Source of the DNA: Deferrisomatales bacterium
Lineage (GTDB): Bacteria > Desulfobacterota > Deferrisomatia > Deferrisomatales > JACRMM01
Direction of reading: 5' to 3'
Assembly: GCA_033551855.1 (NCBI GenBank)
Contig: JAWSUI010000078.1
Coordinates: 1-15,394, forward strand
DNA length: 15,394 bases
Part shown: piece by piece, positions 1 through 7,768 of the stretch
Layout of the letters: each line of letters starts with the position of its first letter
Position numbering within the stretch: position 1 is the stretch's first letter
Made by a program: the position numbers and the translations under genes
The notes under the pieces: model-generated
Told to the model about the DNA's origin: nothing
The model's input: only the letters and a program-made list of their open reading frames with translations
The model's database searches: none

Positions 1-54
1 CTTCTTGTCGGAAACGTTGACACGCCCCTTTCCCGCCGGAAGCGGGAATTGCTG

Positions 55-369
55 TCGGCCTTTGGCGCCACGCCCGTCCAGAAACGCGTTGTCATTGACC
101 GCAATGTATACACCGGGGGTGGTGTAACAGCCGGTGTGGATATCGGCCTGACAATTGCTGCCGCCATTGCGGGAGAACCGACCGGCAAGCTTATTGAGCT
201 TATCCTCGAGTACAATCCCCAGCCGCCGTTTGGCACGGGACATCCCAGTATCGCTGACCCCAAAACCCTGGAGATGGCGAAAGAACTCATCGCAGAAGTC
301 TATCCTGAAGCCAAACTGGCCCCAATCCTCCAGGCAGGGCCGCTCAAGCCTGCTGACACGTCTTGGTGA
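55..369 (+). pseudogene. DJ-1/PfpI (isonitrile hydratase-like) protein, C-terminal part only
   Basis: Translation FGATPVQKRVVIDRNVYTGGGVTAGVDIGL...IELILEYNPQPPFGTGHP is typical of the family. The in-frame upstream sequence (LLVGNVDTPLSRRK) lacks the expected ATTHW motif, so the 5' part is missing or interrupted. Confidence 0.8.
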
Positions 370-465
370 AGCTCTTGCAGAAGATATGTGGAGGTTCCCG
401 GTGTCAGGGGAGAGTCTGCCGGGTGTTGCGGTAGGAATCTGGGCCCTTCCGGAAACTCAGGAGAA

Positions 466-612
466 AGGCAGAGGTGTCAGACCTACACAATTCACTGTTG
501 GGAGGTAGACTGACGAAGGGCAAGGGCGGATTTCTCAGGAAGTTCGTGGGGAGTGGAAGGGGAAGGTTGATGGGAAGGCCGCTTCGTATCGAGTATCCCG
601 GGGTGTTTTACC
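466..612 (+). repeat. Direct repeat copy 1 (about 147 bp; left end of the Y1 element plus start of the transposase)
   Basis: Near-identical to 2070-2217, with a few substitutions and one indel. Confidence 0.95.
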
Positions 613-836
613 ATGTCACGTCGCGTGGCAACGAGAAGCGAGAGGTGTTCAAGGGCCAGCGCGACCGGGGGAAGTTCCTGGAGTACCTCGAGTCGGCGAC
701 CGTTCGGTACGGAGCGCGCTTCCACGCCTACTGCCTGATGACGAACCACTATCATGCGCTGGTGGAGGCACCGCGCGGCAATCAGTCTTGAGCCAGGCTG
801 GCAATCGAGAAGTGTATTATGTAGGTCTGACACCTC
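471..836 (+). mobile_element. Internally deleted Y1/RAYT-type element with 25-bp terminal inverted repeats
   Basis: GAGGTGTCAGACCTACACAATTCAC (471-495) and GTGTATTATGTAGGTCTGACACCTC (812-836) are reverse complements at 23/25 positions. They enclose a truncated Y1 transposase. Confidence 0.8.
570..791 (+). pseudogene. Y1 (HUH, IS200-like/RAYT) transposase, N-terminal fragment
   Basis: MGRPLRIEYPGVFYHVTSRGN...AYCLMTNHYHALVE contains the HUH motif. It stops after 73 aa, before the catalytic Tyr region. Confidence 0.88.
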
Positions 837-848
837 AGGGTTCCACGC

Positions 849-881
849 GGGCTGTTTATCCCGCCGGGAGATAAACAGCCC
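849..881. repeat. 12-bp-stem hairpin
   Basis: GGGCTGTTTATC...GATAAACAGCCC; could be a terminator or part of an attC-like site. Confidence 0.6.
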
Positions 882-934
882 ATTGGGCTGCCTATCAGCC
901 TGACTTGATATGCAGCTGTTAAGCGAAGGAAGAG

Positions 935-1639
935 ATGCACAAGATAGATCCATTGAATGTCGATGAGTTGGTCGCGTACGTGTTCGACATTCAGCATGGC
1001 GGTTCTGTCGATCTGTTCAGAGAAGCATTCTCTGAGCCCATTCAGGAGATATGCGGCTCGGTAAAGGAGTGCTATTTAGGCTTCCTACAATTTGAGAAGC
1101 ATGAAGCACCGGACGAGCGGTTTTTGCACCTAACTGCCCATATCTACGCGTTAGTGGAAGCCCTTTACACTTCCGTGAAGCTTCTCGCCCATGGCTTTCT
1201 TGCTCCATCGGGCAACCAATTTCGAGTGGCGCTTGAGGCCATGGCGGTTTCAGTGCTGCTGAGCCATCCTGGCGACCTTCTTCTTGAGAAACGGCCCAAT
1301 AAGTGGGTGTCCCGGAGCTTCTATGCCGACTTCGCCAAAGATAAGCGCTGGACACTTCCGCACTTGGCCATCAAGACTCTCGACAAGAACAGGGAGCAGA
1401 TTGGGTTGTCAGAGCAAGCAATGAAACTCCTGAGTGCTACGAAAGATATATACAATAAATACAGCCATTCATCCAGACTTAGTATTCGCGCGATCGTAGT
1501 GGCGCCTGATCGGGTCTTGTTTGGCGGTGGATACGAACACGAGCAGGAGCCACTGTTCGCAAAGGAACTTGAGATCCGAAGCGGCTTTATCGAAAAAGTT
1601 CCGAGCTTTCTAACGACGCTGTACAAGAGGGTGGCTTAA
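935..1639 (+). CDS. Hypothetical 234-aa helical protein, possibly DUF5677/HEPN-like, in an integron-cassette-like unit
   Basis: Purine-rich RBS (GAAGGAAGAG) before the ATG and visibly lower GC than the flanks. Motifs FRVALE and YNKYSH. Bounded by GTTAAGC (918-924) and GCTTAAC (1634-1640). Confidence 0.8.
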   Translation: MHKIDPLNVDELVAYVFDIQHGGSVDLFREAFSEPIQEICGSVKECYLGFLQFEKHEAPDERFLHLTAHIYALVEALYTSVKLLAHGFLAPSGNQFRVALEAMAVSVLLSHPGDLLLEKRPNKWVSRSFYADFAKDKRWTLPHLAIKTLDKNREQIGLSEQAMKLLSATKDIYNKYSHSSRLSIRAIVVAPDRVLFGGGYEHEQEPLFAKELEIRSGFIEKVPSFLTTLYKRVA

Positions 1640-1903
1640 CCAAGGGAGGCGATTGGGGAGAGGTCCGCAGTCCGAAGCGCTCCAGGGCGGAGAGGTCCAG
1701 GCCTTGGGATGGGGATCCAAGGGGGGCCGCGACGGCACAGGGAGGGGGGGCGAGGGGCGATGGAGGGGTTCGGGTGGAGGTACGCCGCGTCTGCAGCGGG
1801 GACAAACTCGGGGGAATAGGCGGAAGAGCTCGGCTCAGAAACAGTCGGGGGCCTGCGCGGGCCCCGCAGGCAGTTGGACTCGAGTCGGAACGAGAGGGTC
1901 TCG

Positions 1904-2071
1904 TCAGGTGGGCGCAGCTCGAAGACGTTTGAGGGAGAACACGCCGTCGAGGCCGGCGACGGCATGGGGTTTTTTCGGGTGGCGGCAGGAGAAGTGGCCC
2001 TCGAACCGCCGGTAGCACTCGGCGACGAACGCTTTGCTCCCGATCACCCCGCTGTCGGTGAAGTAATGCAG
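1904..2071 (-). pseudogene. C-terminal fragment of a second Y1/RAYT-type transposase (not in the ORF track)
   Basis: Minus-strand translation LHYFTDSGVIGSKAFVAECYRRFEGHFSCRHPKKPHAVAGLDGVFSLKRLRAAPT* resembles the RYFTDSGxIGSKxFV...GLDGxYSLKRL tail of such transposases. It is cut where repeat copy 2 begins. Confidence 0.7.
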
Positions 2072-2217
2072 GCAGAGGTGTCAGACCGTACACAATTCAC
2101 TGTTGGGAGGTAGACTGACGAAGGGCAAGGGCGGATTTCTCAGGAAGTTCGTGGGGAGTGGAAGGGAAAGGTCGATGGGAAGGCTGCTTCGTATCGAGTA
2201 TCCCTGGGTGTTTTACC
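2070..2217 (+). repeat. Direct repeat copy 2 (solo left end of the Y1 element plus the first ~14 codons)
   Basis: Matches 466-612; encodes MGRLLRIEYPWVFY and then diverges. Confidence 0.95.
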
Positions 2218-2243
2218 CAGACCGAGGGGCAGTGGAGCAGGAG

Positions 2244-2381
2244 ATGCAGTGCCGGGTATTCCGAGTGCCCGCGGGTGGCTGCGCCGACACCGAGAAGGCG
2301 CTGAACAGTTTCTTGCGCAGGGCGCCAGTGCTGCGGGTCGACCGGCAGTTCGTGCCCGACGGGCAGGGGGCCTTTTGGAGT
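2244..2381 (+). pseudogene. N-terminal fragment of an HRDC-domain-containing protein
   Basis: RBS GGAGCAGGAG, then MQCRVFRVPAGGCADTEKALNSFLRRAPVLRVDRQFVPDGQGAFWS, which resembles the N-terminus of small HRDC proteins. The HRDC domain itself is absent. Confidence 0.55.
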
Positions 2382-2412
2382 TCTGAAGTGTCTCGATGTC
2401 TGGGACATGGGG

Positions 2413-2682
2413 TCAGAGACCCCTGAGGAGCCTGTCGTATTCAGCGTGGGAGCCGATCCAGAACCACACGACGCCGTTGCGTTCTTTCAAGCCCAGCGCG
2501 CGCCAGCCGATCCCCACCCGGACGGAGTACACCGGCAGGGTCTTTCCAACCCTCTTGAAGTCAAGGCTTGGGTGGCGCGGATCCTCGCGCCAAAGACGGT
2601 AGTTCTTCCGAGCTTGCCGTTTCACACGGTCCGGAAGAAGAGCGAACAGGGCCACGAAGTCGTCGCCCAGGAACGACTTCAT
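2413..2682 (-). CDS. Type II toxin, RelE/ParE-like fold
   Basis: 89 aa with DPRHPSLDFKRV...YSVRVGIGWRALG...WFWIGSHAEYDRLL; ATGA overlap with the upstream gene. Confidence 0.85.
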   Translation of the reverse strand: MKSFLGDDFVALFALLPDRVKRQARKNYRLWREDPRHPSLDFKRVGKTLPVYSVRVGIGWRALGLKERNGVVWFWIGSHAEYDRLLRGL

Positions 2683-2897
2683 AGCTCATCGAATCCAGCT
2701 TCTCGGGTCTTTCCAGCCCTGTGCTTCTCCAGCGCGCTTTGCGCCATCTTTTCCAGGAGTGGCTGAGAGTTTGCCAAGGTTTCGTCCCACCGTGCCTCAC
2801 CCTCGATATCCTCCAGGATTTCCCTGGCCAGGAGATCCTGAGCTCCGGGGGGGAGCTTCGACGCCTTGTCGAACGCCTCCTGAAGCAGCGTAGTCAT
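2679..2897 (-). CDS. Putative cognate antitoxin
   Basis: 72-aa acidic protein (MTTLLQEAFDKASKLP...QDLLAREILEDIEGEARWD) with GGAGG RBS, translationally coupled to the toxin. Confidence 0.8.
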   Translation of the reverse strand: MTTLLQEAFDKASKLPPGAQDLLAREILEDIEGEARWDETLANSQPLLEKMAQSALEKHRAGKTREAGFDEL

Positions 2898-2957
2898 TTC
2901 GATGTCCTCCGCGCCATGGGCCAGGAAACCCGACCACTGGTAGGGATCGCTCGGACG

Positions 2958-2986
2958 AGTCTAGAGGACCAGGTCCGCCTTGGCAA
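2958..2986 (-). promoter_or_regulatory. Sigma70-type promoter of the TA operon with a palindromic operator
   Basis: Minus strand TTGCCA-N17-TAGACT; palindrome GGACC-A-GGTCC (2966-2976) lies in the spacer. Confidence 0.55.
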
Positions 2987-3459
2987 CGATTCGGCGATTG
3001 GAAACTCCTAAGGGGTACGTGCAGACACGTTACCGCGGGCCGCAGGGGATCGGCGCGGAAGACCGGGGAGTGGCGCCGGTGTGCGAGGCTCGGGCCGGGC
3101 GGTCCGAAGCGGGTTCCGGGCCTGCGGCCGTGTCCGCGTGCGGGTCCCGATTGGCACCAGCAACATCGGGCTGCGCTGGGTCCTGCCCCAGTGAGACAGG
3201 GGACTTCGGGCCTCCTCTCCGAGGATCGGCACGGCGAGACCGGGTCTCATGGGCGTCCATAGACGGGCGGGGCGTGGGGGTGGCGAACATCGGGAGTTCG
3301 CATAACCCGTGAACCGCGCCGTGAGCAGGCATGCGACGAGCTCTGCTCCGGAGGGCAAGGAGATTCTTAGCAGGCGTTGGGACTGGGAGAAGTTACTGGA
3401 GGGAGATTTGGGCCGGATGCGCTTGGTCCGGGGAGCCCGATTAGGCGGCCATCTTGGCC

Positions 3460-3488
3460 TTGAATGGTGATTGACGGGATGCTATCCT
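3460..3488 (+). promoter_or_regulatory. Sigma70-type promoter for the tRNA pair
   Basis: TTGAAT-N17-TATCCT with extended -10 TG, about 100 nt upstream of tRNA-Ala. Confidence 0.55.
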
Positions 3489-3588
3489 CCCGCCCTCTGG
3501 CTCGGCGCAGTCACGAATCGAGTCACAACCGAGGATGTGACGCACCCTGCCGGGGATGGCCTGCAAGCCTGAAAACTGGCGCAGATAC

Positions 3589-3664
3589 GGGGATGTAGCT
3601 CAGCTGGGAGAGCGCAGCGTTCGCAACGCTGAGGTCAGGGGTTCGATCCCCCTCATCTCCACCA
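3589..3664 (+). tRNA. tRNA-Ala (anticodon CGC)
   Basis: 76-nt cloverleaf: acceptor GGGGATG/CATCTCC with G3:U70, anticodon loop TTCGCAA, T-loop TTCGATC, encoded CCA. Confidence 0.98.
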
Positions 3665-3712
3665 GATCACAGGGGCCCCCGCCGGTCGGGGGCCTTCTCA
3701 CTGGCACCATCC

Positions 3713-3788
3713 GCCGGGATAGCTCAGTCGGTAGAGCAGCTGATTCGTAATCAGCAGGTCGTCGGTTCGAGTCCGATTCCCGGCTCCA
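3713..3788 (+). tRNA. tRNA-Thr (anticodon CGT)
   Basis: 76-nt cloverleaf: acceptor GCCGGGA/TCCCGGC, anticodon loop TTCGTAA, T-loop TTCGAGT, encoded CCA. Confidence 0.98.
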
Positions 3789-3796
3789 GCAAAATC

Positions 3797-3829
3797 AAGG
3801 GCTTAGGCGATTCGCCTCGGCCCTTTTTT
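3797..3829 (+). terminator. Intrinsic terminator after the tRNAs
   Basis: GGGC-TT-AGGCG-ATT-CGCCT-CG-GCCC hairpin followed by TTTTTT. Confidence 0.7.
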
Positions 3830-3941
3830 CGTTCGCACCGCAGAATCTGTGGGCTACGGAAGGCCTCTGGTTCGACGTAAGATGCGGGACCGTCGGCGTT
3901 TTCACTGGCTGCGCTTCCTCTCGTTTGCGATCGTGGGTTTC

Positions 3942-4023
3942 GGTAGGGCAGGGACGCCTCGCCGAGGCCTCCGTCGGCGGGTACCACCGAAGACCACGGC
4001 GCGTTCGGCGGCCGCGCCCTACC
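3942..4023. repeat. GTAG-family REP doublet (REPIN-like)
   Basis: Begins GGTAGGGC and ends GCCCTACC. Each arm has an internal imperfect palindrome and the inner ends CCGT/ACGG are complementary. Confidence 0.6.
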
Positions 4024-4179
4024 AACCGCCACCATCCAGGAAGGTCGCCGGGACGACCCACCGATTCTGCAGATGAACCTCGTGCCGGTCACGCGGGGGG
4101 CGCAAGGTGGCACGGCGGCGGAGGGAGCGGCCCATCTCACGCCGACCGATGCTTGCGCTGCAAGTGGCGAGATGCGGGG

Positions 4180-5115
4180 CTACTCGTTCTCTGCGGGCCG
4201 AAGAGGCGCAGGGGGTAGCTCGCTCAGAAGCTGACGCCGGAAATTCCGGCACAGCGGGAACAGGAACACCTCCTTGACCTGGAGGGGCGTGTCGCGCGCG
4301 CGGTCCATCCGACCCCGCCCGGTGGTGGTTCCTACGTGGACCCAGTTGCTGGCCCGGTAGCAGGTACCCGAGAAGCGCGCTGAATCCACCAGGGTCTCCG
4401 CGAGCACTGGGCGAACCCCGAAGGTCGCTTCCCAATCGCCGGGCAGGCTTCGGGCGGCCTGCGCCAGGACCGAGCTCGCCAGGTATCGGACCCGGACCCA
4501 GGGCAGGATGAGGAATCGGCTGTTGTTCACGATCCTCTGGAGGTTTCGCTGGCGGGCCCCGTCATCCCAGCCGATCCAGTCGTCTCGGCTCTCCATGCGC
4601 CAGGCGGGGCTCGAGAACTGAAGGCAGCCAACTACCTGGGGCTCGGGGCGCTCGATTCGAACCAAGTACCGCAGGTAGGCGCCGAACGGGACCTTGAAGC
4701 CCAGGTAGTGATAGCGACCCACGAGCTCGCGGAAGAGGAGTCGTTGTTCCTTCGTGGCTACCCGGTCGAGCGCGACGGGCGCTACGTCGCTCAGGCTGCC
4801 CTCCACCACAGGGCCGGCTTTGCCTTTGTCGGTCTTCGGAATCCGGGTGCGCGATCCCCTGGGCCTGGTGACCTGCGCTTCGGGCAGCGTGAGCAGGCCG
4901 CGTTCCTGCAAGCGGAGGAGAAGGGTGCGGCACTCCCAGTTCTTGAGCCCGCCGCTCGGCCTCTCCCACTCCAGCAGCTCCGCCAGGGTGCGCGCCAACT
5001 CGGTCTGGCTGAGTGCCTTGCAGGTTTCCACCACCTCTTGGATCAGGGCGATTTCCTCGGACGAGAAGGTGCGGCCGAGACAGGTGAAGGTTTGTGGGGC
5101 CCCGGGCGAGCTCAT
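4180..5115 (-). CDS. DUF4338 (Druantia DruA-like) protein, 311 aa
   Basis: Motifs YHYLGF, LRYLV, SSPAWRMESRDDWIGW, IVNNSRFLILPWV, LAETLVD...FSGTCYRASNWVHVGTTTGRGRMD; RBS GGAGAAGAG. Confidence 0.9.
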   Translation of the reverse strand: MSSPGAPQTFTCLGRTFSSEEIALIQEVVETCKALSQTELARTLAELLEWERPSGGLKNWECRTLLLRLQERGLLTLPEAQVTRPRGSRTRIPKTDKGKAGPVVEGSLSDVAPVALDRVATKEQRLLFRELVGRYHYLGFKVPFGAYLRYLVRIERPEPQVVGCLQFSSPAWRMESRDDWIGWDDGARQRNLQRIVNNSRFLILPWVRVRYLASSVLAQAARSLPGDWEATFGVRPVLAETLVDSARFSGTCYRASNWVHVGTTTGRGRMDRARDTPLQVKEVFLFPLCRNFRRQLLSELPPAPLRPAENE

Positions 5116-5140
5116 CTCTTCTCCGTACGCGGAAGCGGGA

Positions 5141-6571
5141 TCATCGAAATTCCAGCGCCAGCTCGCCCTGGCGGGTGCTGACGAACGCGGGCCGGGGGCC
5201 GGCTTTCGCGGCCGGACCGCACCGAAGGCTGCGCACGAGCCACGCGACCTGGGCGGCGTGAACCCAGCCGCGATGCCCCTTGGCCGCGTCCTCGGCGCGC
5301 CGCAGGAGGAGGGTGCCGGCTGGACCGTCCCACGATAACCCCCCGGTGCCTTGGACCTCCGCAGACAAGAGCTCCAGGAGCTGCGGGAGCCATGGACCGA
5401 TGCCGTGGGGCAGCCGCCAGTGCTCCGGCGGGTCGAGGGCGTTCACCGCCACGAGCAGGGCCAGGACATCGGCCACCCGTCCGTCGAGGAGCTCCTGCGA
5501 CAGCAGCCGATTCGCCCGTACCCATGCCACCGAGCCGGCGATGCCGGCGTAGTGGGCCACGGGCAGGAGCTGAGACAGGGCCACCGGCGACGGACCCGCC
5601 CTCGACCCGGGCGGACGAAGCAAACCATAGTGGCCCCGCCGCCTGCGCCTTTCAGCCCAGCGGGCGCGTTCCTCTTCGCCGGTGGACCACGTTTCGGGCT
5701 GTGAGATGGCCAGGAGAGACTCGAACAAGGTGCGATCCAGGTGGTCCTCCCCCCAGAGGCACCAGCGGTGTTCCATGGCCGAGGACCACAAAGGGAAGGT
5801 GCCGATGGGCTCCCCGGCGTGGCGGGCCACCACGTATCGGTGGCAGTCCTTGCGGCTGAGCAGCTCGCTCGGCGTCTCCGCGTTAGGGTCCCAGCCCTCC
5901 CAGAGGCGCCGGAGCCCGTAGACCGAAGGCGCCAGGCGTACGAACAGGTCCTCGTTGCCGAGAAGCGGCCCCGGAGTCCTTCGCTCCCCGTCGCCCCGCG
6001 CCGAGAGCCACGATGCGAGCTCGCCGTAGCGCCAGAGGAGGCGAGACCCCATGTGCTCGACCAGCCTCGCCGGCGCGGCATCGGCGTCGGTTCCGCGGCG
6101 GCGAAAGCGGCGGAGCTCCCGCGAGAGCGGCTGCCGGGAGGCGTCGAGCGCCGCCTGTGAGGGCGGAGTGCCCAGCGCGCTCCACCCGAAGTCCCCCAGT
6201 TGCAGGATCAGGCCCGGGTAAGACGAGAGGGTCAAGAGCTGGTCCACGCGCTTTCGCAACGCGCCATCGGGCCCCCGCAGACGGCCCCAGATTTCAGAGC
6301 GGGCATCCGCGAGGGCGGCGGCCAAGGGCCGAAGGGTCCGGGGGTGGCGCAGAAGGCGCACGGCCCTGACGTCCGCCTGATCCCCCGCTTCGCGATGCTC
6401 AGCCGCACCGACTGGCAGATCGTGGCTCCCGGGGTGGAACCGCATCTCCCCGCGAAGGGCCTCGACCGCCTCGGCCACGGCTCGCTTCAGCCGCGCGAAG
6501 TCACCCTCTCCGGGCCCGCCCGTGCAGGAGGGCATCCCTTCAGGGGAGGGGATCTCGGCGAAAGACGTCAT
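5141..6571 (-). CDS. Hypothetical protein, 476 aa, with a possible winged-helix segment
   Basis: ATG at 6571 overlaps the upstream stop (ATGA). The sequence from MTSFAEIP onward has globular, Trp-rich composition, unlike the low-complexity upstream extension in the ORF track. Confidence 0.8.
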   Translation of the reverse strand: MTSFAEIPSPEGMPSCTGGPGEGDFARLKRAVAEAVEALRGEMRFHPGSHDLPVGAAEHREAGDQADVRAVRLLRHPRTLRPLAAALADARSEIWGRLRGPDGALRKRVDQLLTLSSYPGLILQLGDFGWSALGTPPSQAALDASRQPLSRELRRFRRRGTDADAAPARLVEHMGSRLLWRYGELASWLSARGDGERRTPGPLLGNEDLFVRLAPSVYGLRRLWEGWDPNAETPSELLSRKDCHRYVVARHAGEPIGTFPLWSSAMEHRWCLWGEDHLDRTLFESLLAISQPETWSTGEEERARWAERRRRRGHYGLLRPPGSRAGPSPVALSQLLPVAHYAGIAGSVAWVRANRLLSQELLDGRVADVLALLVAVNALDPPEHWRLPHGIGPWLPQLLELLSAEVQGTGGLSWDGPAGTLLLRRAEDAAKGHRGWVHAAQVAWLVRSLRCGPAAKAGPRPAFVSTRQGELALEFR

Positions 6572-7752
6572 CGGGGATCGGGGAGCGCCGAGGGGCGGGA
6601 GCACTTGGGACACTTGGCAGGGTGGCAGGCCCGGCAGAGCTCCTTGCCGCAGCCCGGGCACGGGCCGTGGGCGGCGGGGCTCACCAGGTGGAGCGCCTCG
6701 TCGCAGACCGCGCGGGTCCGGTCCCAGGAGTGGGCGTACTCGCAGGGGGCCTGCTCCAGGCGCTTCACCCAGGGGTTCCAGTCCAGGGCGATGCGCCGCT
6801 CCCCCTTCCGGCGCTTCACGAGGACGTCGAAACGTTCCACCGGGGAGAGAAGCTCCAGGGTCTGGACCCACTCCAGCGTCACGGTGACGGCGTACTTCTG
6901 CCCCAGGTCGGCCACCTTGGCTCGGTACTCCCGGGCCACCGCCTCCAGACGCTGGCGTTCGCGCTCGGCTCCGGCCCGGTGCTTTTCCGTGGGGTCCGGT
7001 GCGGACTCGAAGCGGTTCAGACGCTCCAGGGCCTCGGCCCGGAGCTCGCCGTAGTAGCGGCGCACCCGGGCCAGGTCCCGCTCCTGCCGGCGGGCCATTC
7101 CGGCCAAGAATGGTTCGAGCCGGGAACGGACCCGGGGCGGCACCGCCCGGTCGAGCACGGCCGCCAGGCGCTCGGCTTGCCACGGGGCCGGCAGCGCCTC
7201 GGCGGGGGGCGGCTTCTCCGGTTCCGGACGGACCGCGGCCTCGGCGCTGCCGGGGGGCAGCGCGAGGGCGAGGAGGGGCTCCACCCAGTCGTCCAGGGTG
7301 GCCCCGTTGGCGGTGTTCACCCCGAAGTGGAGGAGGCCCTCCCGCTTCTCGTCGGAGACCGCGGAGTAGCGGAACGTGAAGACGAGGTAGCGGGTCCAGG
7401 CGGGCGTGACCCCTCGCAGGCGGTACGTGGCATTGGTCAAGGCAAGCCCGTGCTGGAGCACGCGCTCCGGGTCTCCCGGAGCGGAGACGGACCGGGGGAG
7501 GGTGCGGGCCAGGGTGCGGCCGCCTTCTCCCAGGAGGTTTCCCAGGCGCCCCAGCCACTCGGACTCCAGGCTCAGGCGGCGCGCCTCGTCGGGCAGCTCG
7601 GCCCCGAACCCCAGCCGAGACCACTCGGGCAGATCGAGGGCGCGTTGGATGGGGACGGGGGCGAGGATCTCCAGCCCCTCTGGCTCCACATGTTCCACCA
7701 AAGCCCCTTCCAGGCGCAGGAGCTCACCGACGAGGTCGCGCAGCGGGTTCAC
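6568..7752 (-). CDS. YqhG-like SNF2-partner protein with coiled coil and C-terminal Cys/His Zn-finger, about 394 aa
   Basis: GTG start 16 nt after the helicase stop. Contains YLVFTFRYSAVSDEKREGL, a charged helical RERQRLEAVAREY segment, and C-terminal C...C...H...CPGC...CRAC...CPKC. Position beside a YqhH-like ATPase supports the call. Confidence 0.75.
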   Translation of the reverse strand: MNPLRDLVGELLRLEGALVEHVEPEGLEILAPVPIQRALDLPEWSRLGFGAELPDEARRLSLESEWLGRLGNLLGEGGRTLARTLPRSVSAPGDPERVLQHGLALTNATYRLRGVTPAWTRYLVFTFRYSAVSDEKREGLLHFGVNTANGATLDDWVEPLLALALPPGSAEAAVRPEPEKPPPAEALPAPWQAERLAAVLDRAVPPRVRSRLEPFLAGMARRQERDLARVRRYYGELRAEALERLNRFESAPDPTEKHRAGAERERQRLEAVAREYRAKVADLGQKYAVTVTLEWVQTLELLSPVERFDVLVKRRKGERRIALDWNPWVKRLEQAPCEYAHSWDRTRAVCDEALHLVSPAAHGPCPGCGKELCRACHPAKCPKCSRPSALPDPR

Positions 7753-7768
7753 GTGTCCACCATCCAGC

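Noticed and set aside
800..830. dif/Xer-like site around GTGTATTATGT
   Set aside because: The XerD-like arm diverges after TTATGT, and the sequence is already explained as the element's inverted repeat.
2980..3358. ORFs between the TA pair and the tRNAs
   Set aside because: Overlapping low-complexity frames on both strands with no RBS or motif support.
6572..7624. N-terminal 351 aa of the 827-aa ORF 5141..7624
   Set aside because: Low-complexity R/G/P alternate frame overlapping the real YqhG-like gene; the coupled ATG at 6571 is the better start.
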